DNA of 63,300 nucleotides, the filler included, from Chiloscyllium plagiosum (Eukaryota): NCBI RefSeq assembly GCF_004010195.1. It is 3 parts of one record of this genome, joined end to end, with 100 filler letters (N's around TTAATTAATTAA, not from the genome) between each part and the next. Parts side by side here need not be neighbours in the genome. Positions count along the whole stretch, not along the records: positions 1 to 28,928 come from NC_057716.1; 2 more parts are not named here. One strand, written 5' to 3'. The position numbers were made by a program, and so were the translations under genes. Of this stretch, positions 1-11,653 are shown piece after piece. The notes beneath the pieces are model-generated. The model saw only the letters and a program-made list of their open reading frames with translations, was not told where the DNA came from and ran no database searches. The first letter of the stretch is position 1. Every line of letters starts with the position of its first letter.

Positions 1-167
1 AGGAGAAAGTGAGGACTGCAGATGCTGGAGATCAGAGCTGAAAAATGTGTTGCTGGAAAAGCGCAGCAGGTCAGGAATGAAGAAGGGCTTAAGCCCGAAA
101 CGACAATTCTCCTGCTCTTTGGATGCTGCCTGACCTGCTGCGCTTTTACAGCAACACATTTTTAAGC
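1..167. mobile_element. Palindromic family A element
   Basis: Inverted arms with TGAAGAAGGGCTTAAGCCCGAAAC core. Confidence 0.7.
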
Positions 168-263
168 TGTCATTTTTCAAAGCCAAGTAACATACTCACT
201 GTGCCTCAAAATAGCTTTGTTGTCTTTCGTTTTGGCTGCAGTTCTTTCACTTTTGGTTGTAGT

Positions 264-576
264 TTAGATTAGATTACTTACAGTGTGGAAACAGGCCCTT
301 CGGCCCAACAAGTCCACACCGACCCCGCCGAAGAGCAACCCACCCAGACCCATTCCCTTACATTTCACCCCTTCACCTAACACTACGGGCAATTTAGCAT
401 GGCCAATTCACCTAACCTGCACATTTTTGGACTGTGGGAGGAAACCGGAGGAAACCCATGCAGACACGGGGAGAATGTGCAAACTCCACACAGTCAGTCG
501 CCTGAAGGGGGGAATTGAACCCGGGTCGATGGTGCTGTGAGGCAACAGTGCTAACCACTGTGCCACCGTGCCGCCC
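264..576 (-). mobile_element. HE1-like V-SINE
   Basis: tRNA-like head, V-domain TGTGTGGAGTTTGCACATTCTCCCCGTGTCTGC, and CR1-type tail with (AATCT)n. Confidence 0.85.
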
Positions 577-984
577 ATTATAACCTGAGCTCAGACAGGT
601 TGATGGATTACTATTAAGGGAAAGACGTTTCACCTTCTATCATGTAGCTGTCACCTTTTCAGCTTTTAGTATCCACTTGATGCCACTATCTAGCAGTTAT
701 ATCTTGCTTTTGGTGTCCTTTTAAACTGTCACGATATATTTTGTAGTTTTCTACTTGGTGACCAGTGTAAGATCCACCACAGAGAGTTGGGTTCTCATTG
801 AGTCAAATGTCTTGAAGTTTGTTCACAATATTAAATATTTACAATGCTAAAATATCACAGTTACATTCATAGACTGGGTTCTGTGCTTACTGATATTGCA
901 ATATATAATACACCAACTGACTGACTATACTTACTCCATTTCACAGAGAGAAAGTAATATTGCATTTTAGGTGGAAGATAATTA

Positions 985-1318
985 GAATGCCTACAGTGTG
1001 GAAGCAGATCATTTGGCCCATTGAGTCCACACCAACACTCCCAAGTGCATCACAACGCCTAGCCTATAACCACGCACTCCCCATGGCTAAGCCATCTAAC
1101 CTACACATCCCTGCATATCATGGGCAATTTAGTATGGCAAATCCACCTGAATCTCACATCTTTGGACTGTGAATGGAAACCGGAGCACCCGGAGGAAACC
1201 CAGGCAGACACAGGGAGAATGTGCAAACTCCACGCAGACAGTCACCTGAGGCTGGAATCGAACCCAGGTCCCTGGCGCTGTGAGGCAGCAGTGCTAACCC
1301 CTGAGCCACCGTGCCACC
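985..1318 (-). mobile_element. HE1-like V-SINE
   Basis: Same head, V-domain and tail. Another copy at about 2255-2528. Confidence 0.8.
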
Positions 1319-1437
1319 TTGTTTTGCTTGGTAAAACAAACAGGACAAGACTTTGTCCACCCCAGTCCAACGCCGGCACTTCCAAGCCAAGACAAGACTT
1401 ATACAGTTAATGAGAGGGCTCTGGGCAGGGTTATTCA

Positions 1438-2172
1438 ACAGAGACCTAGAGATTCAGGTACATAGTTCTTTGATAGTTGCATCACAGGTAGACAGGGTGG
1501 TTAAGAAGGTGTTTAGTATGGCACCCTCCTTGGAAATTGATGCCATGTTCCTCACCTCCCTACACTCCTAGACCTAGAGATTCAGGTACATAGTTCTTTG
1601 ATAGTTGCATCACAGGTAGACAGGGTGGTTAAGATGGTGTTTAGTATGCTGGCCTGCATTGTTCAGACCACTGAGCATAGGAGTTGGAACTTCATGTTGA
1701 GATTGTACAGGATGTTGGTGAGACCATGTTTGGAGTACTGTGTACAGTTCTGGTCGCCCTGCTATTAGAAGGATGTTATTAAATTGAAGAGGGCTCAGAA
1801 AAGATTTACCAGGATGTTCCCAGGACTGAAGGGTTTGAGTTTTAAGGAGATGCTGGATAGGCTGGGACTTGTTTCGCTGGAGCCTAACAGGCTGAGGGGA
1901 TACCATACGTCGGTTTATAAAATCGTGAACGATATAAATAAGGTGAATAGTAAAAGCCTTTTCCCCAGACTGGGGGAGTTCAAAACTAGCATAAGGTCAG
2001 TGTGCAAAGATTTAAAAAGGAGCTGAGGGGCAACTTTTACACACAGAGTGTGGTTTGTGTGGGAAGGGTTTAGAGGAACATGGGCCAAGTGCAGGCACAT
2101 GGGACTAGTTTAGCTTGTGAAACCTGGTCAGCATGGACAAGTTGGACCAAGGCTCTGTTTCCATGCTGTATG
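1438..2172 (+). mobile_element. CR1 LINE 3' fragment
   Basis: QKRFTRMFPGL...LGLVSLE motifs and 3' UTR. Confidence 0.82.
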
Positions 2173-2881
2173 AGAGAGAGAGATATGGAGAAAAAGAGAG
2201 AGAGAAAAAGAAAGTAAGCAAAGAAGAAAGAGAGTGAAAGAAATAGAAAGACTGGATTCGATTCCCCTACAGTGTGGAAACAAGCCATTTGGCCCAACCA
2301 GTCCACACTGACCCTCTGAAGAGTAACTTACCCAGACCCATTTCCCTCTGACTAATGCACCTAACACTATAGGCAATTTAGCATGGCCAATTCACCTGAC
2401 CTGTACATCTTTGGACTGTGTTGCACCCGGAAAAATACCACACAGACACGGGGAGAATGTGCAAACTCCACACAGACAGTCACCTGAGGCTGGAATTGAA
2501 CCCAAGTCCCTGGCACTGTGAGGCAGCAGAGATAGAGACAGATAGAGAGAGAGAGAAAAAAAAAGATAAGGAGAGAGAGTGTGAGAGTGAGAAAAATGGG
2601 ACCTTTGTCCTGGAATGCTACATAATGTGATGTTGCCTAACCATCTTAAAGGTAGAGTCCTATGTGGTCTGGAATTTATGCCTTACATCAACACTGCCTA
2701 ACAGGGCCCAGCAAGGACATGGCACCCACGTTGGATAATAGGGATGGGGAAGATTAGGCAAAAGGGAATTTGGAGCGTAAGAATAAAAGGAACCCTTTGC
2801 TTTCTGAGTGAGAGTTCAGTAATACTGATACAATTTCCTTTATTCTTCTGGGATGAATGTAAACTAGATTGATGTCAGTCA

Positions 2882-2977
2882 TTCCTGAAGAAGGGCCTGG
2901 GCCCGAAACGTCGAATCTCCTGTTCCCTGGATGCTGCCTGACCTGCTGTGCTGTTCCAGCAATAAAGTTTCAACAAC
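2882..2977 (+). mobile_element. Short hammerhead-core insertion (family A) with 12-bp TSD
   Basis: ATTC-CTGAAGA-A-GGGCCTGGGCCC-GAAAC-GTC-GAAT; TSD TGATGTCAGTCA at 2870-2881 and 2978-2989. Confidence 0.75.
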
Positions 2978-3694
2978 TGATGTCAGTCACAGTGACCTTC
3001 TCTAACTCACTCTATACAGTCCCAACGAACCGTGTTCAATAACACCCAGTGGCTGCAAACAGTCAGTTAAAGTTCCACCCATTGATTTCAGATCAACCCC
3101 CCCAGAGAACACATCAGGCGGTCAATAAAACCGGGAGAGAAACACAGAGGGAAGGAGAAATGCAGCCTGCTACCTCCTACAGCTCAGACTAATCNNNNNN
3201 NNNNNNNNNNNNNNNNNNNNNNNNNNNNNNNNNNNNNNNNNNNNNNNNNNNNNNNNNNNNNNNNNNNNNNNNNNNNNNNNNNNNNNNNNNNNNNNNNNNN
3301 NNNNNNNNNNNNNNNNNNNNNNNNNNNNNNNNNNNNNNNNNNNNNNNNNNNNNNNNNNNNNNNNNNNNNNNNNNNNNNNNNNNNNNNNNNNNNNNNNNNN
3401 NNNNNNNNNNNNNNNNNNNNNNNNNNNNNNNNNNNNNNNNNNNNNNNNNNNNNNNNNNNNNNNNNNNNNNNNNNNNNNNNNNNNNNNNNNNNNNNNNNNN
3501 NNNNNNNNNNNNNNNNNNNNNNNNNNNNNNNNNNNNNNNNNNNNNNNNNNNNNNNNNNNNNNNNNNNNNNNNNNNNNNNNNNNNNNNNNNNNNNNNNNNN
3601 NNNNNNNNNNNNNNNNNNNNNNNNNNNNNNNNNNNNNNNNNNNNNNNNNNNNNNNNNNNNNNNNNNNNNNNNNNNNNNNNNNNNNNNNNNNNNN

Positions 3695-4369
3695 GGGTAA
3701 GTGCTGAGGGAGTGCCACACTGTCAGAGGGTCAGTACTGAGGGAATGCCGCACTGTCAGAGGGTCATTACTGAGGAAGTGCCGCACTGTCAGAGGGTCAG
3801 TGCTGAGGGAATGCCGCACTGTCATAGGGTCAGTGCTGAGGGAATGCCGCACTGTCAGAGGGTCAGTGCTGAGGGAGTGCCGCACTATCAGGGGTCAGTG
3901 CTGAGGGAGTGCTGGACTGTCAGAGGGTCAGTACTGAGGGAGTGCCGCACTGTCAGAGGGTCAGTGCTGAGGGAGTGCCGCACTGTCAGGGGGTCAGTGC
4001 TGAGGGAATGCTGCACTGTCAGAGGGTCAGTGCTGAGGGAGTGCCACACTGTCAGAGGGTCAGTGCTGAGGGAGTGCCGCACTATCAGGTGGTGTGTGCT
4101 GAGGGAGTGCCGCACTGTCAGGGGGTCAGTGTTGAGGGAGTGCCGCACTGTCAGAGGGTCAGTGCTGAGGGAATGCTGCACTGTCATTGGGTCAGTACTG
4201 AGGGAGTGCTGCACTGTCAGAGAGTCAGTACTGAGGGAGTGCTGCACTGTCAGAGGGTCAGTGCTGAGGGAGAGCCACAGTGTCGGAGGGTCAGTACTGA
4301 GGGAGTGCTGCACTCTCTGAGGGTCAGTGCTGAGGGAGTGCTGCACTGTCGGAGGGTCAGTGCTGAGGG
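3695..4369. repeat. 33-bp minisatellite, about 20 copies (GAGGGTCAGTGCTGAGGGAGTGCCGCACTGTCA)
   Basis: Direct tandem periodicity that gives 11-aa repeats in the ORF track; abuts an N gap. Confidence 0.95.
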
Positions 4370-4702
4370 TGAGGTCCTGCCTCAGGAATGCTGGATCTCA
4401 GATAAGACATTGAGCTGTGGTCTATGTGTTGGGTGTTTGAGGTTTTCTGACATTCACTGACGAGAGGAGAGTTCTCTGGCGTTGTGAGCAACTACTCTCC
4501 CTCACCCAAACAGAACGACTAACTGGTTGTCTCTCTGTTTTCCTGTAAATTATTGGCTAAATTTCCATCAGCTATTAAACTTTTCACACAGAAAGCAATT
4601 AGAGGCAGATGTAAAGATTTTAAAATAAACTCTTGACATGTGAAGGTTAGTGATTTCCAAACTTGTTTTTATGAACAAAGAACTTTCCCAATTGTTACTT
4701 AC

Positions 4703-4853
4703 TCTTCTCGGTGCCTTGTAGATGGCTGTTAATCGATTCCCAAAGGTCATAATCATCAAACTCAAGGGCAAGTTCTTCAAAGTCTTCGTTTCCAATGAGT
4801 TCAAAGGAGTTGGTGCCTGCATCCTTGTCCTCTGCAGCCTCCTCTGTGTCCAT
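4703..4853 (-). CDS. SLC4A3: Probable alternative (cardiac-type) first coding exon of SLC4A3: MDTEEAAEDKDAGTNSFELIGNEDFEELALEFDDYDLWESINSHLQGTEK
   Basis: Non-repetitive open frame (open from about 5120) ending at a consensus A|gtaagt donor in phase 1, the same phase as the exon ending DLDYMK. It sits in the intron where mammalian cardiac AE3 has its alternative exon. Confidence 0.6.
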
Positions 4854-5717
4854 CACCTTCACACAGAAGGAGGGCTCAGGGTGGGCATCAATGTTGGAAG
4901 TTCCTTCGCACGGGGGTGCTTTGGTTGGTCCTCCGTGATTCGCACTGGGCTTCAGGGAGGCGAATGGGAAGGGGATGGCATTATCATCGACCAAGCTGAC
5001 GTCGAGTTGAGAGGCACTGCCGCACTGACTGTTTGTGTCCCTGAGGCGTTCGGTCCATTTCCATGATGTCAGTCTCCAATCCAATACCCTGTTCCCCGAT
5101 TGACGGGCTGCGCTTTGGCATTTTCAACCAGTAACCCTTTGGTAACCAGCTCCACCAGACAGGAGCCTTACTGTATCTCTCTCTCAACTGTTAACCCTCC
5201 CCTCGCCCCATTACCATTATTGTCACTGTACCATCTCAAACGGGAGGGGGAGGGGGAGATATCTGGTGGTCATGTCACTGCTCCAGTAATCCAGAAACCC
5301 TCTCCCCCCCAACAGCTATTGTTCTGGGGACATCAGCTCCAATCCCACCAATGGCAGATGGTGAGATCTGAACTCAGTAACAAGGTGGAATTAAAAACTG
5401 GTTTTGCGAAGACTATAAAATAACTCGCGATGTTGTGAAACACAAGTCTGGTTCACTGATGTCTTTGAGGACAGGAAATCTGCCATCCTTGCTTGGTATG
5501 ACCCAAGCCACAGTAAAAGACTGATTCCTAACTACCCTGTGTGCAGTTAGCAAGGTGCAATCAATCCTAGCCTAGGCCAGAGATGGCAAATCTCAAACTT
5601 AAGAGAAAAAAATATAATTTCAAATTCCTCCCAAAAATTCTCCTTCTTTTGAGTTTGCTTTTATTCCCACCCATGTTTCCTGTTTCCCCTTCTCCCTCCT
5701 ACTCGGCTTCAGGCTGT

Positions 5718-6101
5718 AAGGAGAAGGTGAGGACTGCAGATGCTGGAGATCACAGTCCAAAAGTGTGGTGTGGGACCCTCCAACCAAACAGGATCAATGT
5801 GGATTTCACCGGTTTCCTCATTTCCCCTCCCCCACCTTATCCCAGTTCCAACCTTCCAACTTGGCACCGCCCTCATGACCTGTCCTGCCTGTCCATCTTC
5901 CTTCCCACCTGTCCATCACCTTTTCCCCCACCTTCATCTATCTATTGCTTTCCCAGCTACCTTTCCCCCCCAGCCTCACCCCCTCCCAATTATCTCTCAG
6001 CCCCTTTGGGTCTCCCCCACATTCCTGATGAAATGTTGATTCACCTGCTCCTCTAATGCTGCCTGACTGGCTGTGCTTTTCTAGCTCCACACTTTTCGAC
6101 T
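5718..6101 (+). mobile_element. Neptune-type PLE extreme 3' fragment with inverted terminal piece
   Basis: Encodes GTLQPNRINVDFTGFLISPPP, matching the end of the 27472-28887 ORF (GTLQPQGMNLNFTSFFIPPPP). It is followed by CTGATGA...GATGCTGCCTGAC-type repeat, with an inverted copy of that repeat at its 5' side. Confidence 0.75.
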
Positions 6102-6749
6102 GGCATGCTATAAGCAATCAGTGACCCAAAATGTTAACTCTGCTTTCTCTCTACAGATGCTGCCAGACCTGCTGAGTTTCTCCAGCAATGTCTGCTTCTG
6201 TTTCTGATTTCCAGCATCCACAATTTCTTGTGGGTTGTTTTGTTTAGTGCATTCCAGACCCCAGACCATCCTTAGGGTGAAAATACTTTTCCTCAAATCC
6301 CCTCTAAACCTACGCTTTTCACTCTAAAATGATGCCCCTTTGTTCTAGAATACATTGAGAAATGATCTTGATTCTGTTACACCTCATTACCAATGTTCAT
6401 GCTTTTGAAGATCAGCCTTCGGAAGACAGAATGGGGACATCTGTCAAATTCTGGATTCACATCATCCCTGCGCTTTTCCACTGTGGGAGATCACCATGGG
6501 TCCTCACTGTGCGATATGCTTGTGTGGTAGAAAGGGAGCAAGTGCACATCCAAATACTTTTTAAAGAATGTGAGCTTTCCCACCTCAACTTCCCAACTCA
6601 GTTTCCCACCACCCTCTTGGTGAAAAAAGTCTCCTCAAATGCCCTTTAAACCTGTCCATTGTGAGGTCACAATCAGAGAAGCCATGATCTTTTTGAATGG
6701 CAGAGCAGGCTTGATGGGCTGAATGGCCTTCTCCTGCTCCCAAGTCATA

Positions 6750-8275
6750 CAGGATCAACCAACATTTGGATAGTCAAGGTCTGATTAGGGATAGGTCTGA
6801 TTTGGGATAGTCAACATGGATTGATTAGGGATAGTCAACATGGATTGATTAGGGATAGTCAGCATGGATTTGTGCATGGGAAGTCATGTCTGACAAATCT
6901 TTTAAAAGTTTTTCGAAGAGGTAGCCAAGAGGATAGATGAGGGTAGGGCAGAGGATGTTGTCTATATGAATTTTAGTTAAGCCTTTGATAAGGTACTGTA
7001 CAGCAGGCTAGTCGTGAAGGTTGGTTCACATGGGATCCGGGGAGAGCTAGCTAATTGGATTCAAAATTGGCTCCATGGTAGGAAGCATAGGATGACGGTT
7101 GAAGGTCGTATCTTGGACTGGAGGCCTGTGACTACTAGTGTGCCACTGGGGTCAGTGCTGAGACATTTGTTATTTGTTATTTACATAATTGATCTGGATG
7201 TGAATGTACAAGACATGATTAGTAAGTTTGCAGATGATACAAAATTAGGAGGTATCGTTGATAGCAAGGGAGGTTATCAAATATTACAGAAAGATCTTGG
7301 TCAGATGGGGAAGTGGGCTGAGGATTGGCAAATGCAACTCAATACAGATAAATATGAGGTGTTGCACTTTGGAAAGTCAAACCAAGGTAGGACTTATACA
7401 GTAAATAGTAAGGTCCTTTGGAGTGTTGTGGAACAGAGGGACCTAGAAATGCAAGTAAATAGTTCTTTGAAAGTGGCGTCACAGGTAGACAGGGCTGGCC
7501 TTCATTAGTCGAGGCATTGACTACAGGAGTTGGGACCTTATGCTACAGTTGTATAAGTAATTGATGAGCTGAAAATGTGTTGCTGGAAAAGCGCAGCAGG
7601 TCAGGCAGCATCAAGGCCCCGAAACGTCGATTCTCCTGTTCCCTGGATGCTGCCTGACCTGCTGCGCTTTTCCAGCAACACATTTTCAGCTCTGATCTCC
7701 AGCATCTGCAGACCTCACTTTTTCCTCTAAGTAATTGATGAGGCCACACTTGGAGTATTGTGTACAGTTTTGGTCACCCTGTTATAGAAGAGACCTAGTT
7801 AAACTGGAAAGTGCATAAAGAAGATTTACGAGGATGTTGCCAGGATTAGTAGGCCTGAGTCATAGGGAGAGATTGGCCAGGATAGGACTTTACTCCTTGG
7901 AACTAGGAGAATGAGAGGGGACCTTATTGAGGTGTGTAAAAGCATGAGGGACATTGATAGGATGAATGAATATCACCTTTTTCACAGGGATGGAGAATTG
8001 AAAACTAGAGGGCATAGGTTAAGGTGAGAGGGGAAAAGATTTAAGAAGGACCTGAGGGGCACTTCTTCACGCAGATAGTGGTTAATGTATGGAATGGGCT
8101 GCTAGAGAAAGTGATTGAGGCAGGTACAATAGCAACATTTTAAAAGAAACATTTGGATGGGTACATAGATGGGAAGGTTTTACAGGCAATTGGAATTAGC
8201 TGAGTGGGCATCATGGTCAGTATGGACTAGTTTGGGCCAAAGGGCCTGTTTCCATGCTGTATTACTCAATGACTC
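6750..8275 (+). mobile_element. CR1-clade (HER1-like) LINE, RT 3' half, decayed
   Basis: QHGF.GKSCLTNL, FADDTKLGG, LEYCVQFWSP and a 3' UTR shared with HE1. Confidence 0.88.
7569..7727. mobile_element. Palindromic family A element nested in a CR1 LINE, 15-bp TSD
   Basis: TSD TAAGTAATTGATGAG at 7554-7568 and 7728-7742; CR1 sequence resumes on both sides. Confidence 0.8.
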
Positions 8276-8383
8276 GAGTGCGATACATTATCGCTGTATG
8301 CTGTCCTTATGTGTCAATTCCGTGCATTATTGCTGTTTGTTATCACTGCGTTTTCACTGAACCTTCCCCTGTATATTATCATG

Positions 8384-9010
8384 TGTGATGACATGTACCT
8401 TGAAGAGCGATTTGTCCTGTCCAGTTTCTCTTGAAGAGAGGTGTTGTAAACCCGGTGCCAAGGTGTCTGCTCCATGGAAAGCAGAGTAAATAAAGAACTT
8501 CGCGGTTTTTTTGGGGGTAGACAAAAGAACCAGGTGGAGTCAGGCTTACACAGACCCAGGGTTTTAGGTTTTGTTTATAGTTGTTGAAATTGGGGTTCTT
8601 GGAGTTGAAGCCACTAGATCCTGCTCCCTCTCTGCAGCTAGATTCATTCTGCCGGTGTTCCCTCTCCTAGCCTGGAGGAGATAGCAAGTGAGGGAAATCT
8701 GATTTGCTGAATTTGCCTTTGCCAAAGGTGTGTTTCTGGAATATATATTGGAACTGCTATATTGGAACAGTTGATAAGTGTTATATAACACATATATTAT
8801 TTTGTTAAGTGGTTTGATAGAGTGATGCCAATTTTTTTTCTTATTTGTAATTTGTAAGAAAAAAGTGTATTTTGCTAAAAACATAATAGTTTGACCAATC
8901 GAATCACATCTGGAACACAGCGCCTTCCACTTGCCACTAATTAAGATAAACGTTAGCGTCGAGGCTAAATCCTCGATGTATTTTGAGGGGTTTTGGTCTG
9001 GTCAATAATA
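8384..9010 (+). mobile_element. Possible solo LTR
   Basis: About 630 bp starting TGTGATGAC and ending ...GGTCAATAATA (degenerate TAACA-type end) with LTR-like composition. No TSD confirmed. Confidence 0.4.
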
Positions 9011-9069
9011 CTCAGTGCCTTATTTCTCTATGTTAGCCTCTTTATTTCCCAGTCCCAGTTGTTCCTTAC

Positions 9070-9284
9070 TTTTCATGTAGTCCAGGTCAGCACTGGCAAG
9101 CATCTGTGCTTCGGCATCATCAGTCGGCACTTGCTGGTACGCCGTCACCCCGAGTGCAGTCATACTCCCAATGCAAATCCGTTCCCGCAGATCATAACGT
9201 GCTCGCTGTCCGCCTGTAATCCGGGGAGAGGCCTTCTGTCTGTCAAGACTCCTCGGGGAGGACTCCTGCAGAGGCTTCAGAAAA
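9070..9284 (-). CDS. SLC4A3: SLC4A3 coding exon (...YDLRERICIGSMTALGVTAYQQVPTDDAEAQMLASADLDYMK)
   Basis: Strong match to the AE3 motifs YDLRER and QQVPTDEAEAQMLxSADLDxMK; A|gtaagg donor (phase 1). The acceptor at 9284 was chosen for phase compatibility; an alternative exists near 9265. Confidence 0.9.
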
Positions 9285-10132
9285 CTGCCAGGGACGGGGG
9301 AGGGGAGGGTGTCAAAAAACAAATAGTCAAAAGCTCAGCTTGATTTCAGGACTCCGCTTGATGGGGTAAAATCACTGCAACTGTCCAGGGATCTGAGTGG
9401 TGAGGAATGGCAGCTTCCAGAGGCAGCTTTGGCTTTGAGCTAAAGATATTGACGGAAGGGTTGAGATTTTGGATGCGTCGATTTATGGGCATTAGCAAAA
9501 GAATCGATTCCAGCATTTAGGCCCACTTGCCTGGATGGGGGCAGCCCCAACAACACCACTCAAGAAGCTCAACACCATCCAGGACAAAGCAGCCGCTTGA
9601 TTGGCACCACATCCACTCCCTCCACCACCTACGCTCAGTAGCAGCAGTGTGTACTATCTACAAGATGCACTGCAGAAATTCACCAAGACAGCACCTTCCA
9701 ACCCACGACCACTTCCATCCAGAAGGACAATGACAGCAGGTACATGGGAACATCACCCCTTGCAAGTTCCCCTCCAAGCTATTCACCATCCTGACTTGGA
9801 AGTATATCACCGTTCCTTTAGTGTCGCTGGGTCAGAATCCTGGAGTTCCCTCCCTAAGGGCATTGTGGGTATGCTTACACCAAATGGACAGCAGCAGTTT
9901 AAGAAGGCAGCTCACCTTCTCGAGGGCAACTAGGGACGGGCAATGAAATGCTGGCCCAGCTGTTGACAATTACATCCAACACATGAATAAAACAAGGGAA
10001 AGCTTTTCTATGCAATGAGTGTTTCAGGTCCCCTGAATTCTCAGAATTCCTGAAGAACAGTTGTACTGGACTCAAAACATTAACTTTGTTTCTCTCTCTA
10101 TTGTTGCTGCCAGATCTGCTGAGTTTCTCCAA

Positions 10133-10332
10133 AGTTAAAAATCACACAACACCTGTTGGTTATAGTCCAACAGATTTAATTGGAAGCACTAGCTTTCGGA
10201 GCACTGCTCCTTCATCAGGTGGTTGTCTGCTCCAAAAGCTAGTGCTTCCAATTAAACCTGTTGGACTATAACCTGGTGTTGTGTGATTTTTAACTTTGTC
10301 CACCCCAGTCCAACACCGGCATCTCCGAATCA
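10133..10332. mobile_element. Family B palindromic element, 13-bp TSD
   Basis: TSD TGAGTTTCTCCAA at 10120-10132 and 10333-10345. Related copies near 38830-38983 and 55337-55492. Confidence 0.75.
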
Positions 10333-11188
10333 TGAGTTTCTCCAAGCATTCTCTCATTTGTCCCACTACCTTTGCCAGGGTTGGCGGTTTTGAGCTAGAG
10401 GGAGAGGCTGAACAGGTTGGGGCTGTTTTCCCTGGAGCATCAGAGGACGAGGGGTGACCTTATAGAGGTTTATAAACTCACGAGGGGCATGGATAGGATA
10501 AATAGACAAGGTCTTTTCCCCGGGGTGGAAGAGGCCAGAACTAGAGGGCATTGGTTTAGGGTGAGAGGGGGAAAATTTAAAAGGCACCTAAGGGGCAAAC
10601 TTTTCACACAGAGGGTGGTACGTGTGTGAAATGAGCTGCCAGAGGAAGTGGTAGAGGCTGGTACAATTACAGCATTTTATAGGCACCTAGATGGGTATAT
10701 AAATAGGAAGGGTTTAGAAGGATATGATCTCCTTTAGAAGAAACTGATCTCCAGCATCTGCAGACCTCACTTTCTCCCCTTAGAAGGATATGGGCCAAGT
10801 GCTGGCAAATGGAATTAGATTAATTTAGGATATCTGGTCAGCGTGGACAAGTTGGACCGAAGGATTTGTTTCCACGCTGTACATCTCTATGACTCCATGA
10901 TTCTACCTCCCCAGCTTCCACATGGTCTCTCAAGCTAAGTGGCAAAGGCAGGATACTTGAGGCCAGTCCTGAGATCTCGCCCTGTTGTACGGTGGTCACT
11001 CAGCTGGCAATCTGGAGCTCGTTCAGAAGGTTGCTGAATGTAAACCCCTATGCCAACTGATGGTCAGGGAACTTACTCCTGCCAGCATGATGGGCTGAAG
11101 GGCCTTTTTTCCAGTGCGTTAGATCTCTCTCACTCTTTGACTCTACATACTGTATAAAGATTGCGCTGTCTCTGGGACTGTACCTTAC

Positions 11189-11295
11189 CTTCCTGTCAGT
11201 CCTGTATGGGGTTGCCATGGTTGCTGCTGCTCACAGTCTTGAATCTGCTGCTGCATCATTAGAGACTCGGTCGATTCTGTTGACATGAGATGGGA
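11189..11295 (-). CDS. SLC4A3: Probable SLC4A3 exon, poorly conserved linker (SHLMSTESTESLMMQQQIQDCEQQQPWQPHTGLTG)
   Basis: ttttcacag acceptor and AG|gtaagg donor. Only the phase-0 frame is open; 107 bp, phase 0 to 2, bridging both neighbouring exons exactly. No recognisable homology. Confidence 0.65.
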
Positions 11296-11653
11296 CTGTG
11301 AAAACATGAAAAGAACATTGCAAAAACATGTCGTGTAGCTGCTGGTGTCCCAGTTCTCCTCAGGGCTCCCCTGTTGTTCCAATCTCTCACACCAGCCCCA
11401 GTCAAAACTGCACCTCCCCATCACAACCCCTTGTCCAGAGGGTTGAGAGACTGACAGAAACTGCTGTTGGTTTCCACAGATCAAAGAAAGTGAAAGTGCA
11501 ATCCCACAACTAACTTTTAGCTTCCCGAAAATAAATTGAGAAACTGCTTTCACTGGCATGGGGCAGAGTGAAAGCCATTAGTAAAGATGGGGAGTTATAG
11601 GAAACTCTTTCCCAAGATTTAGCTAAATAAATATCCTTGATTAGATTGTAACT

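Noticed and set aside
3695..4369. CRISPR-like regular array
   Set aside because: Head-to-tail units with no unique spacers, in a vertebrate genome with no cas genes.
3170..4460. Long ORFs of 150-230 aa with 11-aa periodicity
   Set aside because: They are products of the 33-bp minisatellite and read-through of an N gap.
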